From: an uncultured bacterium
GTDB taxonomy: Bacteria > Krumholzibacteriota > Krumholzibacteriia > LZORAL124-64-63
Assembly: GCA_963727525.1 (NCBI GenBank)
Contig: CAVSGO010000007.1
Coordinates: 2,240,001-2,304,000 of the forward strand
DNA: 64,000 nt
Reading direction: 5' to 3'
Shown: positions 38,873 to 48,640 of the stretch, one piece after another
Layout: every line of letters begins with the position of its first letter
Numbering within the stretch: the stretch's first letter is position 1
The notes under the pieces: generated by a model
Told to the model about the DNA's origin: nothing
Databases searched by the model: none
The model's input: only the letters and a program-made list of their open reading frames with translations
Made by a program: the position numbers and the translations under genes

Positions 38873-40792
38873 TCACTTCAGCAGAGTGCATTTCTGATTC
38901 AGCTCCGTCGCGCCCGCACGCAGCCGGTACACGTAGGTGCCCGATGGCAGATCGCGGGGCTGCCAGTTCACCTCGTGGCGACCCGCCGCGAAGACCCCAT
39001 GTGCGAGACTGGCCACCCTGCGGCCGGCCATGTCGTAGACGGTGAGCGACACCGGCGTGGCCACGTCGATCCGGAAGGCGATCATCGTGGTGGGGTTGAA
39101 CGGGTTGGGTGAATTCTGCTCCAGGGAAACGGCCACCCCGCGGCCCGGCACGCCGGTGGCGTTCGACGTCTCGGCGATCGTGATCGACCGTGTCGTCTGT
39201 CCGTCCACGACGCAGGTGTAGACACCGTACTCGTCGGCCGTCACACCCGCGAAAGCCAGGCTCGGCGTGCTGGCGGACGGGATCGGCTCCCCGTCGCGGT
39301 ACCACTGATAGCTCGCCCCGTTCAGCTCGGACTCGATGACGAAGGTCGCCACCGCGAGGCCCTGCGATCCTGCGCCCACGAACTGATCGACCGTGCCGGC
39401 AATCGTGACGAGGCCGTTGGTGAACGAGCCGTGGTTCACGAGGTCGCCGTGCGCCGTGATCCGCAAGGTATCGGTACCGTCCTGCAGTGTGCCCTCATTG
39501 TCGAGGGTGCCATCGACGATGATGTCCGCACCCTGGAAGGACTGGCTCCGTACGGTGCCGGTGACCGTCAGGCCGCTCGTGAAGTGGTTCTGGCCCACGA
39601 CGTTGGCGTCGCCGAGCACGCCCTGATCCACCGTCACGCCCCCGATCCGCGCGAACCCGGTGACGCTGATCTCGCTGCCGTTCGCAAGCACGGTTCCCGA
39701 TTCGAGGCTCCCATAGCCGGCGAGCTCGAGCGAGCTGGCGGACGGCAGAATCAAGGTGCCGGTGCCGAGCACGACCGCGCCACCGATGCGCAGCGGCGTA
39801 TCGGCGATGAGCGTGGATTCCTGGATTTCCGCCAAGAAGATCGGCGCCAGCATGACTGCGTCAGGGCTCATGCTCAGGTGATGTTCGACACCCACTCCTT
39901 GCAGGTCCATGGTCGCCACGTCGATCGTCCCGTCGTCGACGATGTTGCCGGTGATGTTGAAGTTCAGGCTGTAGTTGATATCGTGGATGTACCCGTGATT
40001 GACGAGATCACCCTCGATGCTGATGAATCCACCGCCGCTGATCCCGCCTTCCGTCAGCTCGTCCATCACGACGAGTCTGGTCGTGATCGCCACATCGACC
40101 GAGGCCTTGGCGTCGCCGACCATGATCATGTCGTCGATCGTGCAGTTCACCAAGTAGGACCACGATGCGAAATGCACCTCGTTCCCGTTGGCGAGCAGCG
40201 CTCCCCTGAACGACGTGGCGGGCAGGGTGAGCGGACAGTTCGGCTGCAGGATCAGCCGGCCGCCGGTGACATCGAGATTGCCGCCGCAGCTCACGGCCGT
40301 GGTGGCAATCAGGTCGCCCGACGCGCCGGCGGCGAGGGTGAGATCCGTGGTGAATTCTTGGCCTGGGTCCTGGCTGAGGTAGCGCGTGCCGGTGCCAGTG
40401 ACACGGGTGTGGCTCGGCTTCCAGGCGCCGGCATTGTGGATGTCGCCGGCGATCTCGACCTCGAGATAGTACGAGTCGACAGTGCCGACCGCACCGCGAT
40501 TGTCGACGCTGCCCAGAATCTGCAGGCCCGGGGGCCCAGGAACGATCGCGGCGTTCACCGATCCAGCCGGCTGAACCGTCAGATCGTGGCACGGATCGAG
40601 TCCGTCGACGAGTACAGGCCCGAGAATCACGACGTCGTCGCTGCCGGAGGGTACGACGCCACCCGCCCAGGTGGATGTTTGCGACCAGTATCCACCGCTG
40701 GCGGTGGACGCGATGACGGCGGCCGATGCCGGTGCCGGAGATGCCGATGCAATGAGGGCGAGTGCCACGGCCAGGATTCGGCGATACATCAT
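38873..40792 (-). CDS. Large secreted beta-helix/adhesin-like protein with Ig domain and FlgD tail
   Basis: Signal peptide; GGYWSQTSTWAGGVVP..DDVVI; YQWYRDG..YTC Ig domain; QNSPNPFNP..PSGTYVYRL. Confidence 0.8.
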   Translation of the reverse strand: MMYRRILAVALALIASASPAPASAAVIASTASGGYWSQTSTWAGGVVPSGSDDVVILGPVLVDGLDPCHDLTVQPAGSVNAAIVPGPPGLQILGSVDNRGAVGTVDSYYLEVEIAGDIHNAGAWKPSHTRVTGTGTRYLSQDPGQEFTTDLTLAAGASGDLIATTAVSCGGNLDVTGGRLILQPNCPLTLPATSFRGALLANGNEVHFASWSYLVNCTIDDMIMVGDAKASVDVAITTRLVVMDELTEGGISGGGFISIEGDLVNHGYIHDINYSLNFNITGNIVDDGTIDVATMDLQGVGVEHHLSMSPDAVMLAPIFLAEIQESTLIADTPLRIGGAVVLGTGTLILPSASSLELAGYGSLESGTVLANGSEISVTGFARIGGVTVDQGVLGDANVVGQNHFTSGLTVTGTVRSQSFQGADIIVDGTLDNEGTLQDGTDTLRITAHGDLVNHGSFTNGLVTIAGTVDQFVGAGSQGLAVATFVIESELNGASYQWYRDGEPIPSASTPSLAFAGVTADEYGVYTCVVDGQTTRSITIAETSNATGVPGRGVAVSLEQNSPNPFNPTTMIAFRIDVATPVSLTVYDMAGRRVASLAHGVFAAGRHEVNWQPRDLPSGTYVYRLRAGATELNQKCTLLK

Positions 40793-40918
40793 GGTTCATC
40801 CCCTCGCCGGAGTGATAAACGTCTTTATCGGGGTAATGCGCAAAGCGTACCATATTTGTGTTGTATTTACAAACGTCATATGATCTCGAGATGGCGGGTA
40901 AACCTCATGACATGAGTT

Positions 40919-42141
40919 GTGCCAAGAAGAATGTTGATGAGGCTTCGCACCGCGATCTCGCCCGCTAGGCCCGACTTTCTCACTACGCGGCGTACGTCAG
41001 CTTGTGCGTCCGGTTCACCTTCAATGGCCGCGTCTCGACCCGTCGCCAGTAGTAGTCATCCCACAACGGCGGCAACTCGATATGCGACACGAACAGCCGC
41101 CGCGACAACACCTCCTCCTCGGTCAATGGCTTCGTGGCGATCCCGATCTGCATCGCCGGCGTGCTCCAGCACCGCTTCTCCCGACGCAACTTGATCGTGT
41201 TGCGCCACACCAGGAAGATCGCCAGCCGGTAGATCGAATGCTGCCGTCGCTTCCCGAACGCGATCGTCTCCCGCGTGTGGTCTTTCAGACAATGCCGCAG
41301 CAACATGTCCAGCAAGTTGACCTCGAACAACGGGTTGCGACTCGTCCGCGGCTGACGGGAGTCGATCGTCTCGTGGATCACCTTGCAATACCGTAGCTTC
41401 GCGATCGCGTAGGGATAGGTCTTGTGCTTGTCGCTCCAGATGTGGGCCTCGGTGGCGCCGTCGAGCGAGACCGAGAGCACCTCGAGCAGCGCCCGCATCA
41501 ACGACCTGGGGTCCGGCCGGCCATAGTTTTGTTCAAAGAGGGACCGTTTCCATTGCTGCTCGACGGTCATCGCCCCGCTGCGTCGCCGCTCGGCCTCGGC
41601 GAAGTGGATGATGAAGCTGGAGGGGCGATCGACGGCCGCGACGATCTCGTAGGGGAAGTACTGGGAGTGCTCGAAGGTGACGAGCCCGTCGATGGCGATG
41701 TCCACGAAGGGTGACGCCTGGGACACCAGGTGTCGATGGAAGAGGATGCAGTGTCGGCCGAGGCGGGCGAGGAGGTTGTCGACGGTCGTCGGCGAGGTGT
41801 CGAGGAGCCTGGCGATCTGGCGGTTGGCGGCGCCTGAGACGGCGTGCTTGTGGACCTTGGGCAGGAGATCGGCGCGTTTGAGCCAGTATGTGGTGCGGAA
41901 GGTCTGGTCTGAGCAGGTCCTGCCGCAGGCCAGGCAGAGGTAGCGCTGGACGGTGTAGGGCGGGGATTTTCGGGAGAAGGTGCCGAAGAGCGCGAAGGGC
42001 CAGGGTTGCGGCTGAGGCTTGTGGTATTTGCAGTTAGGGTTGGGGCAGTGGGGCGGAAGCGTAGGGCATGAAGTGAGTGTTTTGATGTTCATGAGGACGG
42101 GTCCAGGCAAGCGCTGGACCCGTCAACATTCTTCGTGGCAC
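40919..42141 (-). mobile_element. Complete insertion sequence, 1223 bp, with 19-bp terminal inverted repeats and GTT target duplication
   Basis: GTGCCAAGAAGAATGTTGA (40919-40937) vs reverse complement of 42123-42141 GTGCCACGAAGAATGTTGA, 18/19 identical; GTT at 40916-40918 and 42142-42144. Confidence 0.9.
40983..42092 (-). CDS. Transposase, IS1/IS1595-like (zinc ribbon, HTH, RNase H-like catalytic domain)
   Basis: CPNPNC..QRYLCLACGRT; ANRQIARLL HTH; IAIDG, WSDKH, NPLFEVN; C-terminal TPAMQIGI. Confidence 0.85.
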   Translation of the reverse strand: MNIKTLTSCPTLPPHCPNPNCKYHKPQPQPWPFALFGTFSRKSPPYTVQRYLCLACGRTCSDQTFRTTYWLKRADLLPKVHKHAVSGAANRQIARLLDTSPTTVDNLLARLGRHCILFHRHLVSQASPFVDIAIDGLVTFEHSQYFPYEIVAAVDRPSSFIIHFAEAERRRSGAMTVEQQWKRSLFEQNYGRPDPRSLMRALLEVLSVSLDGATEAHIWSDKHKTYPYAIAKLRYCKVIHETIDSRQPRTSRNPLFEVNLLDMLLRHCLKDHTRETIAFGKRRQHSIYRLAIFLVWRNTIKLRREKRCWSTPAMQIGIATKPLTEEEVLSRRLFVSHIELPPLWDDYYWRRVETRPLKVNRTHKLTYAA

Positions 42142-42221
42142 GTTACAACCCGCGCGGCACCACCCTGGCCGAGCTGACCATTGCCTCTTGAAGGTGCCCT
42201 TCAGGTCTCCTGTACCTGCTG

Positions 42222-42464
42222 TTAGCCGGAGTGACGCCCCGCCAACTCGACCAGCACGATCAACAGCGGTATGCCCACGAGGATCGCCGCCAACGACAGG
42301 ACGCCAGTTGTCCGGCCCACGTTGACCGTCCACCCCAACATGGGATATCGCTTCGGGACCCACGTTCTCGAGTCTCGCTTGCTGGAGTAGACTCCAAGCC
42401 ATTGCGGCCCACTCCAATTGTCGGGATTCGCCCACTCCGCCTCGTTGATCTGCTGTTGGTTCAT
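42222..42464 (-). CDS. DUF5808-like small membrane protein
   Basis: DSRTWVPKRYPMLGWTVN followed by one TM helix; RBS AAAGG. Confidence 0.7.
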   Translation of the reverse strand: MNQQQINEAEWANPDNWSGPQWLGVYSSKRDSRTWVPKRYPMLGWTVNVGRTTGVLSLAAILVGIPLLIVLVELAGRHSG

Positions 42465-42814
42465 GTTTCAGCCTTTCGCGTGGGCCGCCGCGGCCCGCCG
42501 CATGTCGTCATCTCGGTGAAGAGCTCGTTGCGTATACTACCGACAAGACTCCGCGAAGTCTGCGCCTACCGACTCTCGCCTTGCGGAGCGGCGACGGAAT
42601 GATCAGCCGACCTTCCGCCCTACCCTCGCCCAGGGTGCGATATTCTCGGGAATCCGTATTCCGTGCTCGACGTATCGGATCCCGCGCGCCTGACGCTCAT
42701 GGGGTCGACGCCCACCGGGGACATCCCGGTCGAAGCGCATGGAGTAGCCGTCGTCGGGAGTGGAGAGATAGAAACGCGGTGATCGTTGTCACTGCACGCG
42801 GCGAGCCGGGTCTT

Positions 42815-44113
42815 TCAACTTTCGGCCGGGGGTCCGGCTGTCGGTAGGACGATAGTGAAGGTGGTGCCGGTGCCGACGTTGCTCTCGACCGTGACCTTGC
42901 CGCCGTGGCGTTCGACGATGGTGTGCACGATATGGAGTCCCAGGCCGGTGCCCTTGCCGACTTCCTTGGTGGTGAAGAACGGGTCGAAGATACGCTTGTG
43001 GTTTTCCGGCGAGATGCCCTTGCCGTCGTCGCGGATGCGGATCTCGATGTGGTCACCGTCCAGTGACCGGGCCGAGATCGCGATGGTCCCTTTCTCCTCG
43101 ATGGCATGGGAGGCATTGACGAGGAGATTCATCAGGACCTGCTCGATCTGGCGGGGGAAGCACTTGATCTGTGGCAGGTCTGCAGGCACGTCGCAGGTGG
43201 TCTCGCAGCGGTACTTCAGTTCGTTGTGCGTCACGACCAGGGCCGACTCGACCATGTCCGCAACCACCGCTTCACTCGGCTGCGCGTCGTCGCGCCGCAC
43301 GAATCCCTTGAGGCTGTTCACGATCGTCCGGATCCGTTCGGCACCGTCGGTGCTCTCGGCGACGAGCTGACGGGCATCCTGGGCCGCGAACTCCACGTCC
43401 CTCTCCGCAAAGAGTTCGCGTAGCTCGGCCGTAGCAGCGTCGATCGCATCCGCCGCGCCGCCGGAAAGTTCGATGATGGCGCGTGCCCCGGTGGCGGCAG
43501 CGACGAGGTCGTCGATGTACTCGCCAAGGGTGGCGAAATTGCCCAGGATATAGGAGAGCGGGTTGTTGATCTCGTGAGCCACGCCCGCGGCGAGCTGTCC
43601 GACCGAGGCCAGCTTCTCCGACTGGACCAGCATGGTCTGCTGATGTTCCAGCTGCTCGGCGAGCGCCCTGGTCGCTGCGAGCATGGTCTGGAGTTCCTGC
43701 TCTGCCTGCTTGCGCTGCGTGATGTCGCGACAGACGCAGAGGACGAACTTCTCGTCGTCGAACATCACCGCATTCGTGCAGATCTCCACGTCGTAGTGCG
43801 AACCGTCCTTGCGACGGTGGGTGGTCTCGAAATGCGCTCCGGTCTCGTCGACCGATGCGAGCATTTCCTCGACCTTCTCGGCCGGGAAGTTCGCTTCCCA
43901 GTCCCAGACAGCGAGGTCGAATGCTTCGTCCCGCGTGTAGCCGAGCATCGCGGCGAACGGCTCGTTCACCCAGAAGACCTTGCCGCGCTTGTCGACCACG
44001 ACGATTCCGTCACGCGTCTGCTCGACGAGCTGGCGCCACCAGATCACCTCGCCACGGCACGATCTCTGCGGATCGTGGGTAAAACGTGTCGTTTTGGTTA
44101 ATCGCACCGGCAT
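42815..44113 (-). CDS. PAS sensor histidine kinase (NtrB-like)
   Basis: PAS/PAC (HRRKDGS, CRDITQRK); [38 protein letters not shown]; start uncertain. Confidence 0.88.
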   Translation of the reverse strand: MPVRLTKTTRFTHDPQRSCRGEVIWWRQLVEQTRDGIVVVDKRGKVFWVNEPFAAMLGYTRDEAFDLAVWDWEANFPAEKVEEMLASVDETGAHFETTHRRKDGSHYDVEICTNAVMFDDEKFVLCVCRDITQRKQAEQELQTMLAATRALAEQLEHQQTMLVQSEKLASVGQLAAGVAHEINNPLSYILGNFATLGEYIDDLVAAATGARAIIELSGGAADAIDAATAELRELFAERDVEFAAQDARQLVAESTDGAERIRTIVNSLKGFVRRDDAQPSEAVVADMVESALVVTHNELKYRCETTCDVPADLPQIKCFPRQIEQVLMNLLVNASHAIEEKGTIAISARSLDGDHIEIRIRDDGKGISPENHKRIFDPFFTTKEVGKGTGLGLHIVHTIVERHGGKVTVESNVGTGTTFTIVLPTAGPPAES

Positions 44114-44471
44114 CGTGACAACCTTCGTGCGGATCATGGGTCTCGCGTCCAGACGTCTTCGACATCGATATCGGTCCGAAGGCGACAGGGTTGAGGTTTT
44201 CCGGGTGAATCGTGCGCCGATAGCCAGACACCCCACGCCGCCGCCGTACAGCGGATCATGGTATCGCAAGAGCAGGTCTGACCGGCCGTCCGTATCGAGC
44301 TCGGCGAGGGCAACGCTGTAACTCGGCTCACGATCTTCGATCCGGCGGATGTCGGAGAAGCCACTCGCAGCAGCCCGTTCGATCACGGCGCCCTGTGTCG
44401 CGTCCGGACAGCCCGGGGCCGCTCGTGCTCTTCGTACTCGAGCCGGGCTACGACATCAACGGCCGGGGGCC

Positions 44472-44612
44472 GTGCAGCAGGCCTCGCGCGTGAGCTACGA
44501 CACAGCCTTCATGGACATCGGACACCTCATCGAGGCCCGCCCCACGGAGAAGATTTTCACCAATCCCCACGTGAAGGAGACCGAGGACTCCGTGACTGGG
44601 CGCTTCTGTTAA
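44472..44612 (+). pseudogene. pstB: C-terminal remnant of phosphate ABC transporter ATPase
   Basis: [44 protein letters not shown] matches the PstB C-terminus; no Walker motifs upstream. Confidence 0.75.
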
Positions 44613-44737
44613 CCGAATTCTCGTTGGTCCTCGACCTGCCTGCATGGCGTCGCGCGAGAACTGATCTACGCTGAATTCACGCCAGACACATCGTGTCGGC
44701 AATCGCCCACCGATTTTGGAATTCCAAGGAGACACAT

Positions 44738-45331
44738 ATGGATTCGACACCGCAACGTAGTAGCAGTATCTGCATCCTGGCGATGGCTGCCCTCCTCATC
44801 CTCACCGCTGCTCCCTCGGCCCTTGCTACAACGCTCATGTACAGCACGAACCTATCCGGGGCGAATCAGGAGCCACCAAAAGCCTCGACAGGTACGGGCA
44901 CGTCGCAGGTCTATGTCGATGATGTGGCGCACACCATGCGTGTCATCGTCACGTTCTCGGACCTCACGAGCTTGACCACGAACTGCCACATCCATGCCCC
45001 GACGGCACTGCCGGGCGAGGGCTTGGCCGGCGTGGCCACGCCGACGCCGACGTTTCCGGGCTTTCCCGCCAACGTCACCAGCGGCACGTACGATATGACT
45101 TTCGACATGACCGAAGCGGCAAGCTACAACGGGGGATTTCTGATCTCGGACGGTGGCGGCGACCCGGCCCAGGCGGAGGCAGTCCTCTTCGCGAGCGTTG
45201 CCAACGGCACGGCATACCTCAATATCCACACCCTAGAGTTTCCCGCCGGCGAGATTCGCGGCTTCTACGGTGATGGCATCGTCGGCACCACCACCACTAC
45301 CTGGGGCGGGATCAAGGCGGTTTTCGAGTAG
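44738..45331 (+). CDS. Secreted CHRD domain protein with C-terminal TWGGIKAVFE tail
   Basis: RBS AAGGAG; LSGANQEPP..STGTG, HIH, YLNIHT..FPAGEIRG. Confidence 0.9.
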   Translation: MDSTPQRSSSICILAMAALLILTAAPSALATTLMYSTNLSGANQEPPKASTGTGTSQVYVDDVAHTMRVIVTFSDLTSLTTNCHIHAPTALPGEGLAGVATPTPTFPGFPANVTSGTYDMTFDMTEAASYNGGFLISDGGGDPAQAEAVLFASVANGTAYLNIHTLEFPAGEIRGFYGDGIVGTTTTTWGGIKAVFE

Positions 45332-45353
45332 TCGCTCCCACCCGCAAGCACCG

Positions 45354-45386
45354 CGGCGCCGCTTCGACCAGTTCGGAGCGGCGCCG
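45354..45386 (+). terminator. GC-rich hairpin, probable terminator
   Basis: CGGCGCCGCT...AGCGGCGCCG stem about 22 nt after the CHRD stop. Confidence 0.45.
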
Positions 45387-45684
45387 TCGTGTCACGGATC
45401 GCGCGCCGCGCGGCAGGTTCGTCGGCACGCATAACCACAGCGTAGTTTCGGTAGGCGGGTGATGGCGTCAATCGCGTGGGCGCAGTTGCCAGGGCGCGAC
45501 GGGCTGAGAGCCCACCGTGCGTGGTGGAGGCTGCGTCGGGCCGACGAATCATGTAGCGTATTGTGCTCTGGATCCGACATGCGAGCGAGGTCGCGGTGCA
45601 AGGGCCGGCCATGCAGGACGCTCAATTCGAGCTGGCCGGCACCGGCATCGAGATGCCGCGACGCATCCCGTCTTGAGGTTGGTC

Positions 45685-46617
45685 ATGATCCGATTCTCGT
45701 TGATCCTCATCATTCCCGCGCTTCTCGGCCTCGGTGCGTGCAACGACGCGAACGGACCATCCCCGGATCCCAGCGAGATGAGAGGTGACGCCATCCAGGC
45801 GCCGTTGGATCCGGCCGTGCCTGCGACCGAGGTGGTATGGTCGGTCCCGCACCGTGTGCTATTTCTGCAACGCTCCGTCGGGTTAGCCCTCATTCGCACC
45901 GGTGCCGTCACCATGTACGATGTGCTCGACTCGTTGAATGCCGAGCACCATACGACCGTCGAGCTGTGGCATCACGGTTGCGGCACTCATCCGTACTGGG
46001 ACCTCTACTACGACGGGCACGACCAGCTGGTGGAGCCGAACTTCGGGACCGCGCTGAGCGAGCCGCGGTACGCGAGTCCCGAGCACTGGAAGCGGATCTT
46101 CTGCGATGCCGACCCGCAGTACGTCGCCGCCCGGGACAGCATCGGCAATTTCCGCGTCGTCATCTTCAAGAGTGGCTACGACAACACGGTCGCTGCGGCG
46201 ACCGAGCAAGCCGGGTTATGGCGCCAGCTCTATCGCACGATGAAGGACAGTGTTTTCTTCCGGGACACGACACGACGGATCATCGTGCTGGGCTTCCCAC
46301 CGGCCCGCGAAGGATTCGGCAACGCCACTCAGACTGACGCCGACAGTTCCCGAGCTTTCAACACCTGGCTGGTCGATGAGTTTGTAGTTGGCCGGGGGAA
46401 TCTCTATGCCTTCCCGCTATTCGATCGGTTAGCCGGCGCGGACAACTGGTTGCGCGACGAATACGTGAAGGTGGACTACCCGAACGACTCCCATCCCAAT
46501 CCCTACGGTTGCGAGATCGTTGGCCGGGACCTCATGACGTTCATCCATGCGGTCGCCACGCAGAGTGATCGCCCGGTCCAGGATCCGGTGCAGCGCCACG
46601 CGACACCTGTCGATTGA
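45685..46617 (+). CDS. Lipoprotein, SGNH-like fold hypothetical
   Basis: Lipobox LGAC; VLFLQRSVG, IFKSGY, DSHPN..G. Confidence 0.6.
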   Translation: MIRFSLILIIPALLGLGACNDANGPSPDPSEMRGDAIQAPLDPAVPATEVVWSVPHRVLFLQRSVGLALIRTGAVTMYDVLDSLNAEHHTTVELWHHGCGTHPYWDLYYDGHDQLVEPNFGTALSEPRYASPEHWKRIFCDADPQYVAARDSIGNFRVVIFKSGYDNTVAAATEQAGLWRQLYRTMKDSVFFRDTTRRIIVLGFPPAREGFGNATQTDADSSRAFNTWLVDEFVVGRGNLYAFPLFDRLAGADNWLRDEYVKVDYPNDSHPNPYGCEIVGRDLMTFIHAVATQSDRPVQDPVQRHATPVD

Positions 46618-46734
46618 CGCGGCGCGAACTTCAGATCTCCCTGCGGCGGTGATCGCGCCAACAACACGGCCGGCGGCTCGCTTTGCGATATATTGGATTC
46701 GACCCTCGGCAGACCCAGCGGAGAGAACATACAG

Positions 46735-47541
46735 ATGATCAGTTTTTTCGACGGCGACACCTACACCACCCCCGCCGACCTGCGCCGCGACCTCCGCGAC
46801 CGGTTGTGCCTGGGCGGCTCATTGTGGTTCTACCTGATGCACGCGCGGCTAATGCTGGAATCCCGGTCGAATGCCCTGGCCGACCGCTACGACGCCGCTG
46901 CCTGGGCCAGGGCATCTCGCGACATCATGCGCGCCCTCGAGCGTTGCGGCGCGCGGTTCCACGTGTCGGGCCTCGATCACATCCGCAACGTGGACGGTCC
47001 GGTCGTGTTCATCTCCAACCACATGAGCACCCTGGAGACACAGGTCTTCCCGTGCCTGATCGCCCCGATCAGACCGGTCACCTTCATCGTCAAGAAGGTC
47101 CTCACCACCATGCCGATCTTCGGCCCCATCATGCGTTCGTGCGACCCGATCGCCGTGAACCGCGTGAACCCCCGGGATGACATGCAGACCGTCATGACCG
47201 AGGGCGTCAACCGGATCGAGGGCGGCACGTCGGTCATCGTCTTCCCTCAATCGACACGGCAGTTGCTGTTCACGCCTGCCAAATTCAATTCCCTGGGCGT
47301 CAAGCTGGCCCGACGGGCCGGCGTGCCGGTGATTCCGGTGGCCATCAAGACGGATTTCTGGCGGCCCGGGAAGCTGATCAAGGACTTCGGCCCGCTGGAC
47401 CGTTCACAATCGGTGCACATCGAGTTCGGGGCGCCGATGGAGATCACCGGCAACGGCCGCGACCAGCACCAGGCGATCGTCGACTTCATCCGCCGGCGGA
47501 TCATCGAGTGGGGTGGCGAGGTGGACGAGACAGAGTCGTAA
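46735..47541 (+). CDS. 1-acyl-sn-glycerol-3-phosphate (lysophospholipid) acyltransferase family protein
   Basis: SNHMSTLE, FIVKK, IVFPQSTR, VPVIPVAI. Confidence 0.85.
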   Translation: MISFFDGDTYTTPADLRRDLRDRLCLGGSLWFYLMHARLMLESRSNALADRYDAAAWARASRDIMRALERCGARFHVSGLDHIRNVDGPVVFISNHMSTLETQVFPCLIAPIRPVTFIVKKVLTTMPIFGPIMRSCDPIAVNRVNPRDDMQTVMTEGVNRIEGGTSVIVFPQSTRQLLFTPAKFNSLGVKLARRAGVPVIPVAIKTDFWRPGKLIKDFGPLDRSQSVHIEFGAPMEITGNGRDQHQAIVDFIRRRIIEWGGEVDETES

Positions 47542-47935
47542 GCCTGGAGTCGAGAGGGTAGGAGCCCTCCGCGACCGGCTCGTGGCGTCATACAGTGAGC
47601 CGGATCGCGTGGTTCTGCGCCCGCCGCGCAGACTGCTCCCATCGGCGACTGTCTGGCCCTGCTGTTGTACGGTCTCAGGCTCCGGGTTCTTGGCTCTCGT
47701 CCGACATACCCGCCGTCTGGTCCACCCCGTCCCAGATCACTTCTCGCCTGCGCGAACTCGAGTTCTCCGTGCTGCCAGGGGCGCATCTCGCGGACCGCAG
47801 CGGCGCATCAAGGTGCTCGAGCTTCGTGAGCAGCGCCGTGTGGGCACACCAGCGGCAGGCATTCGAACCAGCGCGCCAGCAGTCCGTCAAATCCCGCCAG
47901 CCCGCTCAATTTTAGGCATGCATGCTAGTCATTAT

Positions 47936-47996
47936 GTAAAATAAACTTGACTAAATGGACTTTTTGACTATCCTGGGCCTGTAAAGCACATTTTAC
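47936..47996 (+). promoter_or_regulatory. Two GTAAAR-N4-YTTKAC palindromes around a sigma70-like promoter (probable XRE operators)
   Basis: GTAAAATAAACTTGAC 47936-47951; GTAAAGCACATTTTAC 47981-47996; TTGACT-16 nt-TATCCT between them. Confidence 0.55.
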
Positions 47997-48019
47997 TCAA
48001 TGACAAGGAAACAAGACAA

Positions 48020-48439
48020 ATGAATAGAAAGGCAATCAAACCTGACGAGGCCCCAGCGCGTTCCAAGAAGAACCATGCCCTCATCATGCTCTGGATCTTC
48101 GTCTGGATGGCGACTTTTGTAGCGGCGGACAAAGCCGAGGCGTACAAGTGGTACACTGCGGGTTCGCTTCCCCTGCTCGCCATTGCGATGAACGCGGTCA
48201 TCGGCCTGATAGTGATCGTGACGTACATGCGATTTCTGAAGGAACTGGATGAAATGCAGCAGAAGATCCAATTGAATGCGCTGGCTCTCGCCATGGGAAT
48301 TGGGCTTGTGGGTAGCGTCAGCTACTCACTCTTGGTTTCGGCCGGGATTGTCGCCGCTCCAGACATCGCAGTCGTTATCGCGCTTCTAGGTGGAGGCTAC
48401 AGTGCAGGACTGGTCATCGCCAGGACTCGGTACCAATGA
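48020..48439 (+). CDS. Four-TM membrane protein coupled to an XRE regulator
   Basis: RBS AAGGA; hydrophobic segments; LDEMQQKIQLNA; ATGA overlap with next gene. Confidence 0.75.
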   Translation: MNRKAIKPDEAPARSKKNHALIMLWIFVWMATFVAADKAEAYKWYTAGSLPLLAIAMNAVIGLIVIVTYMRFLKELDEMQQKIQLNALALAMGIGLVGSVSYSLLVSAGIVAAPDIAVVIALLGGGYSAGLVIARTRYQ

Positions 48440-48639
48440 AAAACCGCCTAAAAGTACTCCGGGCAGAGCGGGATTGGACCCAGGCGGATCTAGCGGTCGC
48501 ACTGGATGTCTCGCGGCAAACGGTCAACGCAATCGAGACCGGGAAATTCGATCCGAGTTTGCCTCTTGCCTTCAAAGTAGCCCGGCTATTCGAGCTCTCG
48601 ATCGAGAAAATTTTCTGTGATGAAGCAGTAGACAGGTGA
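48436..48639 (+). CDS. XRE-family helix-turn-helix transcriptional regulator
   Basis: MKNRLKVLRAERDWTQADLA..VSRQTVNAIETGKFDPSLPLAF. Confidence 0.93.
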   Translation: MKNRLKVLRAERDWTQADLAVALDVSRQTVNAIETGKFDPSLPLAFKVARLFELSIEKIFCDEAVDR

Positions 48640-48640
48640 C

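Noticed and set aside
47851-47875. GGTTCGAAT T-loop-like sequence on the minus strand at the edge of the low-GC segment
   Set aside because: The T-stem does not pair properly and no acceptor, D or anticodon arms can be built
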